DNA of 64,000 nucleotides from Utricularia gibba (GCA_002189035.1 NEEC01000011.1:2480001-2544000), one strand, 5' to 3'. Shown: positions 12,262 to 24,331, counted from the first letter of the stretch. A program made the numbers and translations. The notes: a model not told the origin generated them from the sequence alone.

Positions 12262-15200
12262 TTATCTCCTCTTACCTCCCTTTACCACAATCATGTTTTT
12301 GAGATGATCGTAGCGGTCGCGGTGGTACTCGATCCAGATGCACAGCTGACGTATGGCTTCTCTTTTCTCCTCGCTCAGGCTTACGTATCCTACTTCCTTG
12401 TCCCTCATCCTCTTTTCCAGCTCTATGATTTTCTCATCTCTCTCTTGCACGCTTTTTGCTAGACTTTGCTGTTCTCCAACTCCCTTTTGCACCTCATTTT
12501 CCAACTCTGAGATTTTTCTTTTCAGTGTCACTTCCTGAGCCTTCATCTGATCCCTTCTGGTGTTGATCTGGATGATGGAGTTCCTCAGCTCCTTTAGCTC
12601 ATGGGTGATTTCGTATATGCGTGAGTCCACATGCCCGTAGTCTTCCTCGAACTTCACAAGGAATGTGTCCAACTCAGATAGAGTTGCAGTTACCTTGTGT
12701 GATATCTCTGATGTGATTTTCTTTTGAGCTTCGCTGTAGGCGCTGATCCTTTCCATCGATGCAGCTAGTTTATCAGCTAGCAGCTTTTGTTCCTCCTTGA
12801 GCTTCTCCTCTTTCCTGCTGAAGTTTTCATCTTTTTCGTTTAGCATCTGTTCAGCAACATGTAGCCTTTGGCTAGTTAACTTTTCCTTCACCTCAGTGTT
12901 CCGTAAGCTTTCGACAAGTAAGCTGATTTCATCTGATTTGATCTCCAAATGTCTTTTCACTTCCTCGACATGCACTTCAAGTCCTGTTTTTGCATCACTT
13001 TCACTCTGAAGTAACAAAGTGATCTCTTCAATCTTCTTCAGTGACAATCTTAGCTCTTCATCGTTGCTCTCAAACTGGTCTTTCAGGTTTTTGTGCTCCT
13101 CCCTCAATGTGAATAACTCATCATCCTTCTCTGTCAGCTTCCTCTCATGCTCCATTATCTTGGTTTCTAATTCAGCATGACTATTCTCGGCCACAGCCAA
13201 GCTTTCGATAGTCTCTTGCTTCTGTTTCTCAATTTGCTCTTCAAGTTGGATTTTCACAGCCTGCAGAATTTCCAAGTGATTTTTCACATCCTCGAAGTTT
13301 TTCGCTTGATCTGTTAAAGCATTTTCGAGTTCAGAAGCCATGCTCCGCAATAAAGCATTCTCCTCCATAAGTTTATTTTCCTTGTCACTTTTGCTGCTGA
13401 GTTCAGCTTCCAGATCACCTATTTGGCTCTGAAGATTTTCTAATTCCAGTTGTTTATTCTTCACACTTGCTTCCAGAATGGTCTTCTCTTCAACACCTCT
13501 TTCACCATCGGCGGTTTTATTCAATAACTCTTCCTTCAGTTTTTCTATCTGCACACCCAATTCCAATATATTTTCACTTTGGGTAGCAATCAGAGCATCT
13601 GCCTCACTCTTCTGAGCCGCTAACAAACCCAAATTTCCTTCGAGACTACTTATTTGTGCAGTTAAATCCACGATCAGTGCACTTTTTCTATTGTCACCGT
13701 CTTCAAAATCCTTCCTAGCCGTGGAGAATTCACTTTCTTTCTCAATCAGTAGCTTCTCAACCAGAGAAATCTTATCTTTGAGGTTTTCATTTTCATCTTT
13801 TAACTGTTTGAGCTCCTCATCTTGGCTCCTTGTCTGTTCTTCGAATTCATGTATCTGGTTGGTCAGAGTCTCAATCTTCACGTTAAGTCCCTTAAACTTC
13901 ACTTCCAGATTTTCTTCCTTTTCCTGTTGCTCTGCTGTGCTCTTCTCCACTGCTTCTTTTAAAGTTTCAAGTTGAAGCAACACGTTGGAAATTTCAATGC
14001 CTTTACTTTTGATCTCCTCATCCAATTGAATCTTTTGATTTCTTGTCGAATCAAGCTCTGTTTCAATTTCTTTCAATTGTGACAGAAGAGATTCCTTCTC
14101 TTCAACAACTCCACCAAGCTCCAGCTCTCTTTTCGCCAACTCTTCTTTCAGAGTTTCTAGTTGGGTCTGTGAGTGAGATGCTTCATGGTCTCTTGTATGG
14201 AATTGCGTTTCCGTATCCAAGAGCTTTTGAAGAAGCGTTGCAAATTCACCAGCTTTCTTCTCCTCAAATTCTTTTCTTTCAGTGAGGGAGGAATGGAGTT
14301 CAAGTTCCAAATCTCTCTGCCGAGATGAAGCTTCTTCTTTGTGAGCCTCATGAATCTCCAGCTGACTAGCAAGTGCCCTTTCTTTCTCGGATAAATTCTC
14401 ATTCAACTGTTGGACTTCTGTAACAAAATCTTGAATCTTTTTTTCGGCCAGCTGTGTCTTCTCTTCCATCTCTGCAATAATCAAGGAAAGATTCCATTTG
14501 TCCTGTTCATTATCAATTTCCACTTGCTTTAGTTTAGATATTTCCTTTTCCGCCGAATCCAGTTTTTCTTCGGTTTCCTTCTTATAAGCCAAAAACTTCT
14601 CCTGCTCAAGTGAAACCGCTCTTTCTTTCTCGTCCAACTTTTCAGTCAAATGGATCACCTCATTTGCATGACCCTGAATCTTGTCTCCCAACTGTTTTAT
14701 CTCATCCTCAAGCTCTGAAATCTTCAAGCACAGATTTTTGTTCTCCTCTTCAGCATCATTTTTCTTTCGTTTCAGATAATCTATATCTGCTTCTGCTGAT
14801 TCCAGTTTTTCTTTTACTTCTCCTTTGAAAGTGTTTAAGCTTTCTTGCTCATGTGAGAGTTCTCTCTCTTTCTCGGCCAGCTGCTCACTTAAATGACTTA
14901 ATTCAGCATGAGCCTTGGAAATCTCCAAGGAAAGGCTACCATTCTCCTCATTCAACTTTTCTGCTGCAGAGCTTAGTTCTCTTGTGGCATTCTGTGCTTC
15001 TTCTAGTTTGTTCAACGTACTTAAATACTCGTTCCGCAAATCCTCCTTTCCATCAACGGCAGCCGCCAACTTTAACTGTAAATCAGCGACCTCTGCAACT
15101 GCTATTTGGAGTTCCTGTTTCACACGATCAAACTCAACTTCACCATTCTTAGCACGTTTCTTCTTCGAAGTGTGGTCTGAATCAGATGAATCGGAGCTGG

Positions 15201-15599
15201 ATGATGAATCCTTTTTCGCATGCTTTTCTTCTGCTTCTTTTCTCAATTCTTCAGCAAGATGATCGTATTGCTCATACAGCGTGAGGTAGTGACTGTGAAA
15301 CTCCTCGATCATTTTAGCCAGTGCAGCATGCTTCTCACTGCCCTCCTCTTCTTTAAGCTCCCTAAGCATACTTTCCACTTTCGCATCAATTTCTGCAGTA
15401 GATCAAAAACATCAATCAACATAAAGGAACTAAATATTGCTGTTGTGGTGATAGGAACTGAGGGGTGACCCAAATTCAACTACTCTAAGCATCCACATAA
15501 TATACCTGCTTTAGATTCTTGAAGTTGCTCATGCTTTGCAGCATCAAACAACTTCCCAAAGAAGGATCTGAATGATAAGCGCCAACGTGGCTTCGGCAT
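12262..15599 (-). CDS. CIP1: NAB/KIP1-domain long coiled-coil protein (COP1-interactive protein 1-like, NET family)
   Basis: Exon 1 15599-15506 (MPKPRWRLSFRSFFG...) spliced to 15392-12262. NAB motif LIEEFH.HY..LYEQYDHL-like, long E/K/L coiled coil, C-terminal EEKREAIRQLCIWIEYHR motif. Confidence 0.85.
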
Positions 15600-17715
15600 T
15601 ATTCGTTTCCCAACAACGTAGCTGAGTAATCACAGAGAAGAATTAGACAAACAAGCAGAGGATACATAAAAAGGGATATACAAGAGTAACAAGATGGAAA
15701 CAAGAGAGTGACACAATTATCAAACTAAAAAACAAAGGTTCAACTTCAAGAACTTCCTGAACTGTACATGATGAGCACAATAGTGGTAACATAAAACAGC
15801 GTGCACGCTCAAGTGACTAATAGCCCATAACCCCCATTCATTTGGTTTGGCGAAGATAACTCATAGCCGTGCATCAGTAAACTAGTCTACTTATCAATGT
15901 AATCAACGTTTGACGTTCAATCTACCTAACTGCCCTTGCTTGGGTGTTACACAGCTTTCAATTGGTGCATCTCTTTGACACTACAAACAAGAAAGAAAAT
16001 TACTGAACGCGTCTATTACTGCTTAGCTTCTCTTATGTTAAGCTAACTTTCTCATGAATCTTTCATCAGCTCGATAAACACACATTCCTGACCAGCAGTA
16101 AATACGGGAAAATGACATTACATCTCCATGCATTCCAGCTCATTGACAAGTAAATTTTTGCCTTCAGCGCCTCAGATTTCCGTTTCACAGACAGGGGAAT
16201 TCAAACTTTTTTAAATAATATTAATTTAGCTTTCTTTTCATTCTTTTGTTGAAAATGATGAATTCCAAAGAAACAGACCATGTGACCTATTATTATCTTC
16301 GCCAACTAGTTGGAGCAAAGTGCCCCACAGTTCCTTTGTTCTGCATTCGGCGCCTTTTTTCAGAACACGAACAAATTTACTGTATTTAGTATTATAAAAT
16401 GCAAATGCACCATTGCTATGAAAATCTAAAGAAAAAGATAAAAGTGCAGGATTTGAAATGCTGAAATCACGGAAGTAAGACATCCCACTGAACGGTGAAA
16501 ATTCAAATTTTCTTAATTTATTTTAAACAATAGTCAAGGGCCCTACGAAATTAAATACGCCATCTCCAGATAATCGTTTGTAAACTATTTATGCGAAAAA
16601 AGACATGGCTGACCAGGGACCAGCACCAGACTAACCACATATGAGCTGTTTGTGTACGGCGTGAGATGCGCAATCATCAAAAACAGTAGAAAAATCTTTA
16701 AAATAATTTGAAATCCAAATCGGAATTCACAATACCCATTACACAGTCTCAGGCAGCAGCAAGAATCCAAAAAAAAAAAAAAACAGAACACGGAATCGAT
16801 GAAATACAAAAAGCGAAATCGCCTCCCAAAAACTCGATTCCTCGCTTCACTTCAGGTCATACTAATTACAGACAAAACAACAGACAACGAAACCAATAAA
16901 GCATCGGAAAACGCACAGACTCAGCGACAAGTAGAAAGAACACGTACGATCCATCCAAATTCCAATTCCATCAGTTCATCAATTCAAGAAACTATCAAAA
17001 ACTCTGTCGGAAACCAAAAAAAACTAATCGGATCACTGGAGCAAAGTAGCTAAAGCATCTAATTAAGGAAAATCACCTGGTGAATCACAGCAGCTTCGCC
17101 ATCGGAGAAAGAGAGTAGCGATGCGGAGCAGTTTTTAGAGGGAGAGGGAAACGGCAGTGACTGAGCCGTACGTTACAGAAATAAATAAATAAAAGGGAAA
17201 TGTTAAAGGATTCTTGTCCATTCATTCTCAAATACAATTTATTAACAAAAACAATTTCAGAAAATTATTACATAAATAAAATTAGAAATGAGATTTGAAC
17301 ATTGTAAAAACTGTTGACAACAATGTGACTTTAGGATCTTACTTCAAACAACTTTTTTATAATTTCTCTTCAAAATTAAAGTCGATATTTTTTGAATTTA
17401 GAATATCGTATTTGATTATTTGTATCATTATGAATCGAATGTTTGAAGCACTAAAATTTTGGTTTATATACCAAATTTGAGGTATGGAATCAAAATCTGA
17501 TTCAAATACTTGACTTCTATTTGATTCTAATTCTCGAAAAAAGATATTTATAATAAAACATAATTTAAATCTATGTAATTTTTTTAAAATAAGAAATATT
17601 TTTAAAATAACATTTACCTTGACCTCCATTGTAGTGAAATGCAGGTACAATTTCATTATTTTATTAGAACAAGTTTTATATTATAAAAATAAAAATAAGT
17701 TTGAGGTAACGGGCT

Positions 17716-17773
17716 TGGGCTTATGTTGGGCCTTTATAATGCCCTATCATAATTTCCATAATGGGCCTGGGCC
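17716..17773. promoter_or_regulatory. Site II element cluster (4 x TGGGCY) between CIP1-like and MIR408
   Basis: TGGGCT 17716; TGGGCC 17727, 17762, 17768. Confidence 0.5.
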
Positions 17774-17814
17774 CATGGCCTCTCCAATAGTAATTGGAAA
17801 AGTGATTCCTGCTC

Positions 17815-18155
17815 GTACTTCTTCCAGTACAATCAACTTACCAACAGGTAATTACTATTTCATAATTTTGGTTATGTACTACAAAATGGTACCCTTCCGA
17901 GACGTCAAGTACAATGGTACGACCCGAAATTAAGGTTAAAGTACATTATTCAAATTATTCATATATTATTTTTTTTACAAATAATAGCTATTCTAAACCA
18001 GTCATAAAACTCCAACAAAATGACAAAAAACATTTGCCGCGTTTCCCTCCCAATGTTCAAAAACCCGTTCCCTTGGAAGGGAGTACAAGGTTGTGAAGTA
18101 CAATGCAAAGTGTCGTATGTCCGAATTGTACTTGCTCCCTTACTACCAATAGTAC
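17815..18155 (+). promoter_or_regulatory. Copper-response (CuRE, GTAC/SPL7) element cluster of the MIR408 promoter
   Basis: 11 GTAC cores counted at 17815, 17827, 17876, 17889, 17909, 17917, 17941, 18083, 18098, 18128 and 18152, directly upstream of a TATA box and the MIR408 hairpin. Confidence 0.85.
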
Positions 18156-18177
18156 ACGGAAGAGAGGGTGGTGTCAC

Positions 18178-18185
18178 TATTTATA
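18178..18185 (+). promoter_or_regulatory. TATA box of pri-miR408
   Basis: TATTTATA between the GTAC cluster and the hairpin. Confidence 0.65.
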
Positions 18186-18292
18186 GCGTGATCTCATCGC
18201 CTTGTGGCATTGTGTTGTCTTGATGCCTATTGGTCGGAATGGAAATAAGGTTAGATCTCTTTTATCATGTTATACTACCAAGAGTTTTTCAA

Positions 18293-18392
18293 TGGAAAGA
18301 CGGGGACGAGTCGGAGCATGAGATGTACAGATAAAAACGATACGTTTTCGTTGATGTTCATGTCCTGCACTGCCTCTTCCCTGGCTCTCCAT
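18293..18392 (+). ncRNA. MIR408: MIR408 precursor hairpin
   Basis: 3p arm CTGCACTGCCTCTTCCCTGGC (18365-18385) matches mature miR408-3p. The 5p arm ACGGGGACGAGTCGGAGCATG (18300-18320) pairs with it by hand at 16 of 20 positions (G-U allowed), and pairing extends AGATG/CATGT. Confidence 0.95.
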
Positions 18393-18745
18393 TTCGTCGG
18401 CTCTTCGGCAATCTGAATCGATGTTTTTCAAACCGTGATGATTTTTATGTTCAATTGGGTATCATATGTTTGGATAGAGTTTATATAATATGATTTGAAT
18501 TACATTCATGTCCTTTGTAGCGGCACTTTGGAGTTGTGGGCTGGGCTGCAGGGCATCTGAGTGCCCAATGGGTTTGTAGCGTGGGCATTGAGCCATGTTT
18601 TAGTCCAACAAGCTTGGAATGGACACTTGGCCCATTTACAAGTGGCATGGTGGACATTTTAGTGTAGTTTATTGTACTAATGTCATCTTTTTATATTCCT
18701 TGTCATAAAAGGGTAATTAGAATTTTAATTTCTTCATTCATTTTA

Positions 18746-19161
18746 GACTTCAATATATTATAAATCATGGTCTAAAACCCAATTTGGGGTAGGCGACTTG
18801 GATCTAAACTAATTCGTGATCGAACAAAAAAGGAAAAAAAATGCTCATTCTATTCATGCAAATGATATATCTCATTCCCTTATAGCTAGAAAGAGGGGCT
18901 ATCACCAAAACCTTAAAAAACCTACTACTTGGATAGCTTTTCAAGGCTTGGACCAAATGTGAATATTTTTTGGATTTGTTTGGTAAGTGTTATTAGTGGA
19001 AAATGTTATATTTATATGAAAAAAAACATCTTTGTTATTTAGTAGAATAAGATTAACAAAGGATTGAGATTAGAATATGCAGCTATGAGTACAAAATTGA
19101 AGTAACATCTATGTTATGCAATTGACTTACCAGTTTAAAACATTCAACACGGTGTCATCTC
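18746..19161 (+). repeat. Direct repeat A, copy 1, immediately before the right inverted arm
   Basis: GACTTCAATATATTATAAATCATGGTC...CATTCAACACGGTGTCATCTC recurs at 23181-23640. Confidence 0.92.
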
Positions 19162-20323
19162 TTCTCTTTGGCAATGCGCATCCCCCCACGTGAGTTTGAA
19201 GAACAACACAAGAAAGGAAGCTCCTGCACGTACCCAGACCAGACCACAATCATATAATATGGTTTACGTACATGTCATGCCCATGCATGCACTCCATATC
19301 CACACATTTCTCTTCTCTTTTTATTTTTTTAAATGAAACGGAAAATTCTACTACGTTGACAAGACAAGTGACGGATCGGTTTTAAATTTTGGGATGAAAA
19401 CCCAGAAACGCAAAAGAATTACATGTGGAGTTTGCCAGCACTCCAAGTTATATTTAATATAAATAATTTAACTTTCAAATTTCAAAATTATGTGATAGAT
19501 TCTTTAATTTACTTTTTTGTAAATAGTTTACTTTCAAATTTATGAAATTATATTTGAATTTATCATGTTCATAAAATCAACCGATTTTGATCATAATAGT
19601 TTTATAACGATGCATCGTTGTAAATAGTTTCCATAACTTTCATTTCTATTTTTCTAATGGTTTTACCTTCATCTAATTACTTGAGGTCTATATGCGAATG
19701 TGAAAATACTTCACATGAAATTTTATTGGATTTGAAATCAGAGCTTGTCATGGTATTATGAATCAATTTACTTTAAAAAAATTTTAAACATTGTATGTTG
19801 TTTGTTACATGATTTTGAAAATTTTTTTTTTTTTTTACAATTTTGAAACATAAACATTGAATTTTTTATATTGACCAAAATTTGAGGTGTTTTTATTATA
19901 ATTTTTTCAAAGAATTAGTTTTTTTACTAGTAAAAAAAATAATTTAAAAATAATAACTACATCAATATTTAAATTTTTTGAAATGGAAATTCTTCAGAAA
20001 ATAACAACGTCACATCAAGTTGGAAATTTGCGCATGTAATATATACAGTGCTTTTAGAAGGGGGTCAAATACGGCATGTACGTTGGAGATGATATTATCA
20101 ATATTTAATTTTAGCGATCACGTGCTTAATTTTATCGTTTTTACAAACACGTGACACTCAAATCCGGGTGTTCAGAAAGTCAAAGACGATCAGTTGATGA
20201 CTCCTAGATACAATCTCTTCTTGTCTGTCTTCTTCTAACTGGAAAGGAAGCAGCTGGTCTATAAATACCTGCGCCCCAATCTCTTCCCATAAACACCATA
20301 CCTGCTAATAGCTCCTGATCACG

Positions 20324-22066
20324 ATGACTACCAGAAGCCTCTCTTCCTCCTCCTTCTTCGCAATCCTCTTCTGCTTGTGCTGCTTGCTTGCCTCTTCTGG
20401 AGCTCGCACTCTTTCCTTCGACGAGTTCATGCGTTGCGCGAATATCGCGCTCCCCACTGCCACCGTTTCCACGATCAGTGTTCTCAGCTACGGCGCCAAG
20501 GGCGACGGCATCACCGACGATTCCAAGGTTGTAAGATGGGGTGGTAGAGGCGTCTGCTGATAATTCATTTGTTTGTCAAGTTTCTTAGCTTTGCTGTTGC
20601 TGTTGATTTCAGGCGTTCAGTCAGGCCTGGAAGGTGGCTTGTGCCTCTACGCAGGAAGTGAATTTGGTGATACCCAATAAGGTTTTCCTTCTGAAACCAG
20701 TGACGTTTTCCGGTTCCTGTAAGTCGAAGATCAACGTTCAGATCTCCGGTGACATTGTGGCTTCTACATCCTCGTCGGATTATACCAGCACCCGTTGGCT
20801 CACATTCAGCGGCGTCTCGAACCTGGTGGTGGAAGGCGGCGGAACCATCGACGGCAGAGGAAGCGTCTGGTGGCAAAAATCTTGCAAAGTGGATAAATCG
20901 AAGGTCTTTGATTCCTTCATTCGCTTGCTCTTTCCTTTCTCCTCATTAAAATATGAAGATCGACACTAATTATTCTTTTTTTTTTCATGCAGCCGTGCAA
21001 GAATGCTCCAACGGCTTTGACTTTTGAAAGTTGCACCAACTTGGTGGTGAAGAACATCAAGGTTATCAACTCGCAGCAAATTCATTTGACGTTCAACTCC
21101 TGCAAAAACGTCGTCGCTTCGGGGCTCACGGTGACCGCGCCGGGGAACAGCCCCAATACCGACGGCGTCCACATCTCCCGTAGTCAAAACGTCACCGTCT
21201 CATCAACCACCATAGCCACAGGTTCGCCGCTTTTGTTAACCGCCTTCATGTTGGCTCCCGGCTCACCGTTGGCTCCCACGGTTCGACGCAGGTGACGACT
21301 GTATCTCCATCGTGACCGGCTCTACGACGATCCGCGCCACCGGGATTACATGCGGACCGGGCCATGGCATCAGTATTGGGAGTTTGGGAGAGAAAGGCTC
21401 GCCGGCTTTGGTACGAAACGTCGTCGTTGATGGAGCAAACTTCACCGGATCATCCAACGGAGTCCGAATCAAGACCTGGGAGGTAACCTTAAGCTCAAAC
21501 TCTGTCTGCAACTCCGTTCCAACAGGGCTTTGTGAACAATCGCGTGTTTGTGTATCTGTGCAGGGAGGATCTGGGACGGCGAGCGACATCACATTCAAGA
21601 ACATACGCATGCACAATGTGCAGAACCCCATCATCATCGACCAGGACTACTGCGACAAGGCCGTCCAGTCATGCTCCTCAACCGTACGAATCCCATACAT
21701 TTCCGATGTTCATCTTCTGACCTGTACTGGAGCTCAACTTTCCGATGCTAAAACTTTCAGGAAGGAGCGGTGCTGATCGAGAACGTGCTGTACGAGAACA
21801 TCTCCGGCACCAGCGCCTCCAAGTACGCCATCACGTTGAACTGCAGCGAGAAGTCGTCGTGCCAAAAGATCCAGTTCAATAACATCAACTTGACTGCTCA
21901 GAGCGGAGGGAAGTCTTCCGCCACCTGCACCAACGTGCACCCCCAGAACACGGCGCCGGTCTCCCCAAGTTGCCCCCGGCTTCACTATTTAGTGCGATAT
22001 AGATACCCATTTTTATATTCAAATAATTCCTCTTCTCCATGTTGCACCAAGTTTGCAATTCCTTAA
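20324..22066 (+). CDS. Secreted GH28 polygalacturonase, copy 2, 6 exons; frameshifted C-terminal tail as given
   Basis: Exons begin 20324, then 20993-21221, 21292-21482, 21564-21683, 21761 to stop. All catalytic motifs are intact. The C5 run at 21973-21977 (C6 in copy 1) bypasses the TAG at 22000-22002. Confidence 0.92.
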
Positions 22067-22407
22067 TAATTCATTCTTTCTGATGCCTCTTTGTACCATG
22101 AAATATTTCTCTTATTGGAAGTGGAGCAATATTAGTTACTATGTCTATGCCTAATAAAAATGAACTATAAGTGAAACACACAGGGAATCAAGATTAATTA
22201 TAAAAGTGACCACTTATTAAGTTTCTCTCATAAGTTAAACAATTTATATTATAAGTGATCACTTTTATTATACAACATCTTACACATGTACAGATTTATA
22301 ATTATCTCACTTTAACATGTGTTTTTGAAATAAAATTTTTAATAATTTTCAGAATTTTTTGAAATTTTTTATTGAATGATTTTGATTGAATTCATGGTTT
22401 TAAAACA

Positions 22408-22437
22408 GGGATGGGATGGGATGGGATGGGATGGGAT
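22408..22437 (+). repeat. (GGGAT)6 microsatellite, potential G-quadruplex
   Basis: Six GGGAT units; the paralogous site (8532-8546) has three. Confidence 0.9.
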
Positions 22438-23180
22438 GTGATGGTAAGCGCTTAGAATAGTATTGTGGTGGACGAAGTTAAATACGGTACGGCTGAGAAA
22501 AAATTAAAAATGAGGGCCCATGAGAAGGTATCTTTTACGTACATGCGCATGACCATGCAGTGGTCAACGTCCACGTCATCGTTCACTGCAGATCCCGAGG
22601 AAAATTCTACTGAATCACGCCGCCGGCGTACACGTAACACGGTGGGGCTGCCCGTAGCGCCCGCCGGACTGGAACTGGTGCGTCATCGTGGGCCACGTGA
22701 CGATCGAAGTTGGTAACGTTTAAAAGCACCTGACTGGAAATGGGGATGAGGAAGAAGTCAATCAGTAGTCAGTTCAAGGAGTCCTGTAAGACTATTCTCA
22801 TCTGCTTTTGAGGAGACAAGCTTAACATGTAGGTTTGGAAGTATTCCCTTTGTTTTTTTTTTTCTAAGGAAAGGGAATAATATTATAGAAAGATTCAATT
22901 TAGCATGATGATACTGGAGCACATATATCATATGTGTTAAAATTTAGGATTCGATATATCATATGAGTGCATACATGAAGATCAAATACATAAAAAATGC
23001 ATATCATATTAAAAAAATTAAGTTCAATTAATTATTTATGATTTATATTTTTAATATAATTGATTGTATCAATTTCATTTTCGGATATAAAATTGTGTAT
23101 TCTAATAATATGAACATTAACACACCATCGGGCTAATGGAAATTCGTGCCACCCCATTTCAAACTAGTGTTACTCAGCGG

Positions 23181-23640
23181 GACTTCAATATATTATAAAT
23201 CATGGTCCAAAAACAAATTTAGAGTGGAGTGTTTGGATCTAAACTACTTGAAAATGCGATCGAACAAAAAAATAAAGAAAAAAGTGCTCATTTCATTCAT
23301 AGAAATGACATATCTCATTACCTTATCCTTAAATTCAGATAGCCATGCCTGACCATCTAGCTAGAAAGAGGGGCTATCACCAAAACCTTAAAAAACCTAC
23401 TACTTGGATAGCTTTTCAAGGCTTGGACCAAATGCGAATATTTTTTGGATTTGTTTGGTATGTGTTATTAGTGGAAAATGATAATATTTATATGAAAAAA
23501 AACATCTTTGCTAGGTAGAATAAGATTAATAAAGGATTGAGATTAGAATATGTAGCTATGAGTACAAAATTGAAGTAGCATCTATGTTATGCAATTTACT
23601 CTGTTGTACCAGTTTAAAACATTCAACACGGTGTCATCTC
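23181..23640 (+). repeat. Direct repeat A, copy 2, immediately after the right inverted arm
   Basis: Aligns with 18746-19161, with ~30 bp extra near 23327-23358. Confidence 0.92.
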
Positions 23641-24331
23641 TCGTTCAGAATCATTGAAAACTTATAAATTATACTTTATTTAATAAATATGATGATTAGC
23701 ACTCGATTTGTTTGAAACTTTTGATATTTTTTAATCTTTTTTATTATAAAAGATTAAAAAAATATTGACTGATAAAAAAATGTGATATTTCTCAATTTCA
23801 ATTTTAAGACATGTAAATTCTATTTGGGATCTGAGATTTATATATGCCATATTTTATTTGATATTTTATCATTTTATTCTTTCTTTTTTTATTCATACTA
23901 AATAATAGCAATGATATAATTAGTTTTTCATACAAAAAAAAACATTTTCTATTCTACTTATAATATATTTTGAAATTAAATACAAAGTTAAATTGTGAAT
24001 AAATATTCGGTATAATATATAATATACTATCTCCTCAATTTTCGTTAATACGATTTTAATTTCTATTAAATAAAATACATTTCATTACTTTGATATCCAC
24101 ATGTTCCAATAAGACAAAAGGGAAAGAAGGTCTGTGATAAAATTGTGGAGGAGAAAGCTCGGTAGATAGACATTATGAAAGAATGGGGATCGTCAATGCG
24201 AGCCGCCGTTTAGCCGATAGGCCTGAGCTAGGAGCTGAACTTTTCAAAAAGAAGACGTAGGACCTCCGGTGCTGCTCTCATATATGGAAGGAAGCTTGTC
24301 GAGGGCTGGTTTTGTATTGATCCCTTGTATC

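Larger units (their letters stand above)
19173..23178. repeat. Right arm of the inverted segmental duplication (probably the derived copy)
   Basis: Reverse complement of 7922-11753 with indels, including a ~185-bp AT-rich insertion at ~22922-23107 and an expanded AT-rich tract at ~19510-20030. Confidence 0.95.

Noticed and set aside
12353-15468. Several plus-strand Ser/Phe/Leu-rich ORFs
   Set aside because: Antisense shadows of the Glu/Lys-rich coiled-coil gene.
16600-16685. TGATGA box C-like motif on the minus strand in the CIP1 leader intron (snoRNA?)
   Set aside because: No CTGA box D at a suitable distance, and no terminal stem or rRNA guide seen.
19173-23178. Inverted arm as an assembly artefact
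   Set aside because: Many substitutions, indels, an exact intron loss and unique junctions distinguish it from the left arm.
18746-23640. Direct repeats A1/A2 as LTRs of a retroelement carrying a PG gene
   Set aside because: No TG...CA ends, PBS, PPT or gag/pol remnants; the interior is an intron-containing genomic copy with its promoter.
24269-24331. N-terminal extension of PIN5 in the ORF track
   Set aside because: Non-ATG start; PIN homology begins at MITG (24332).
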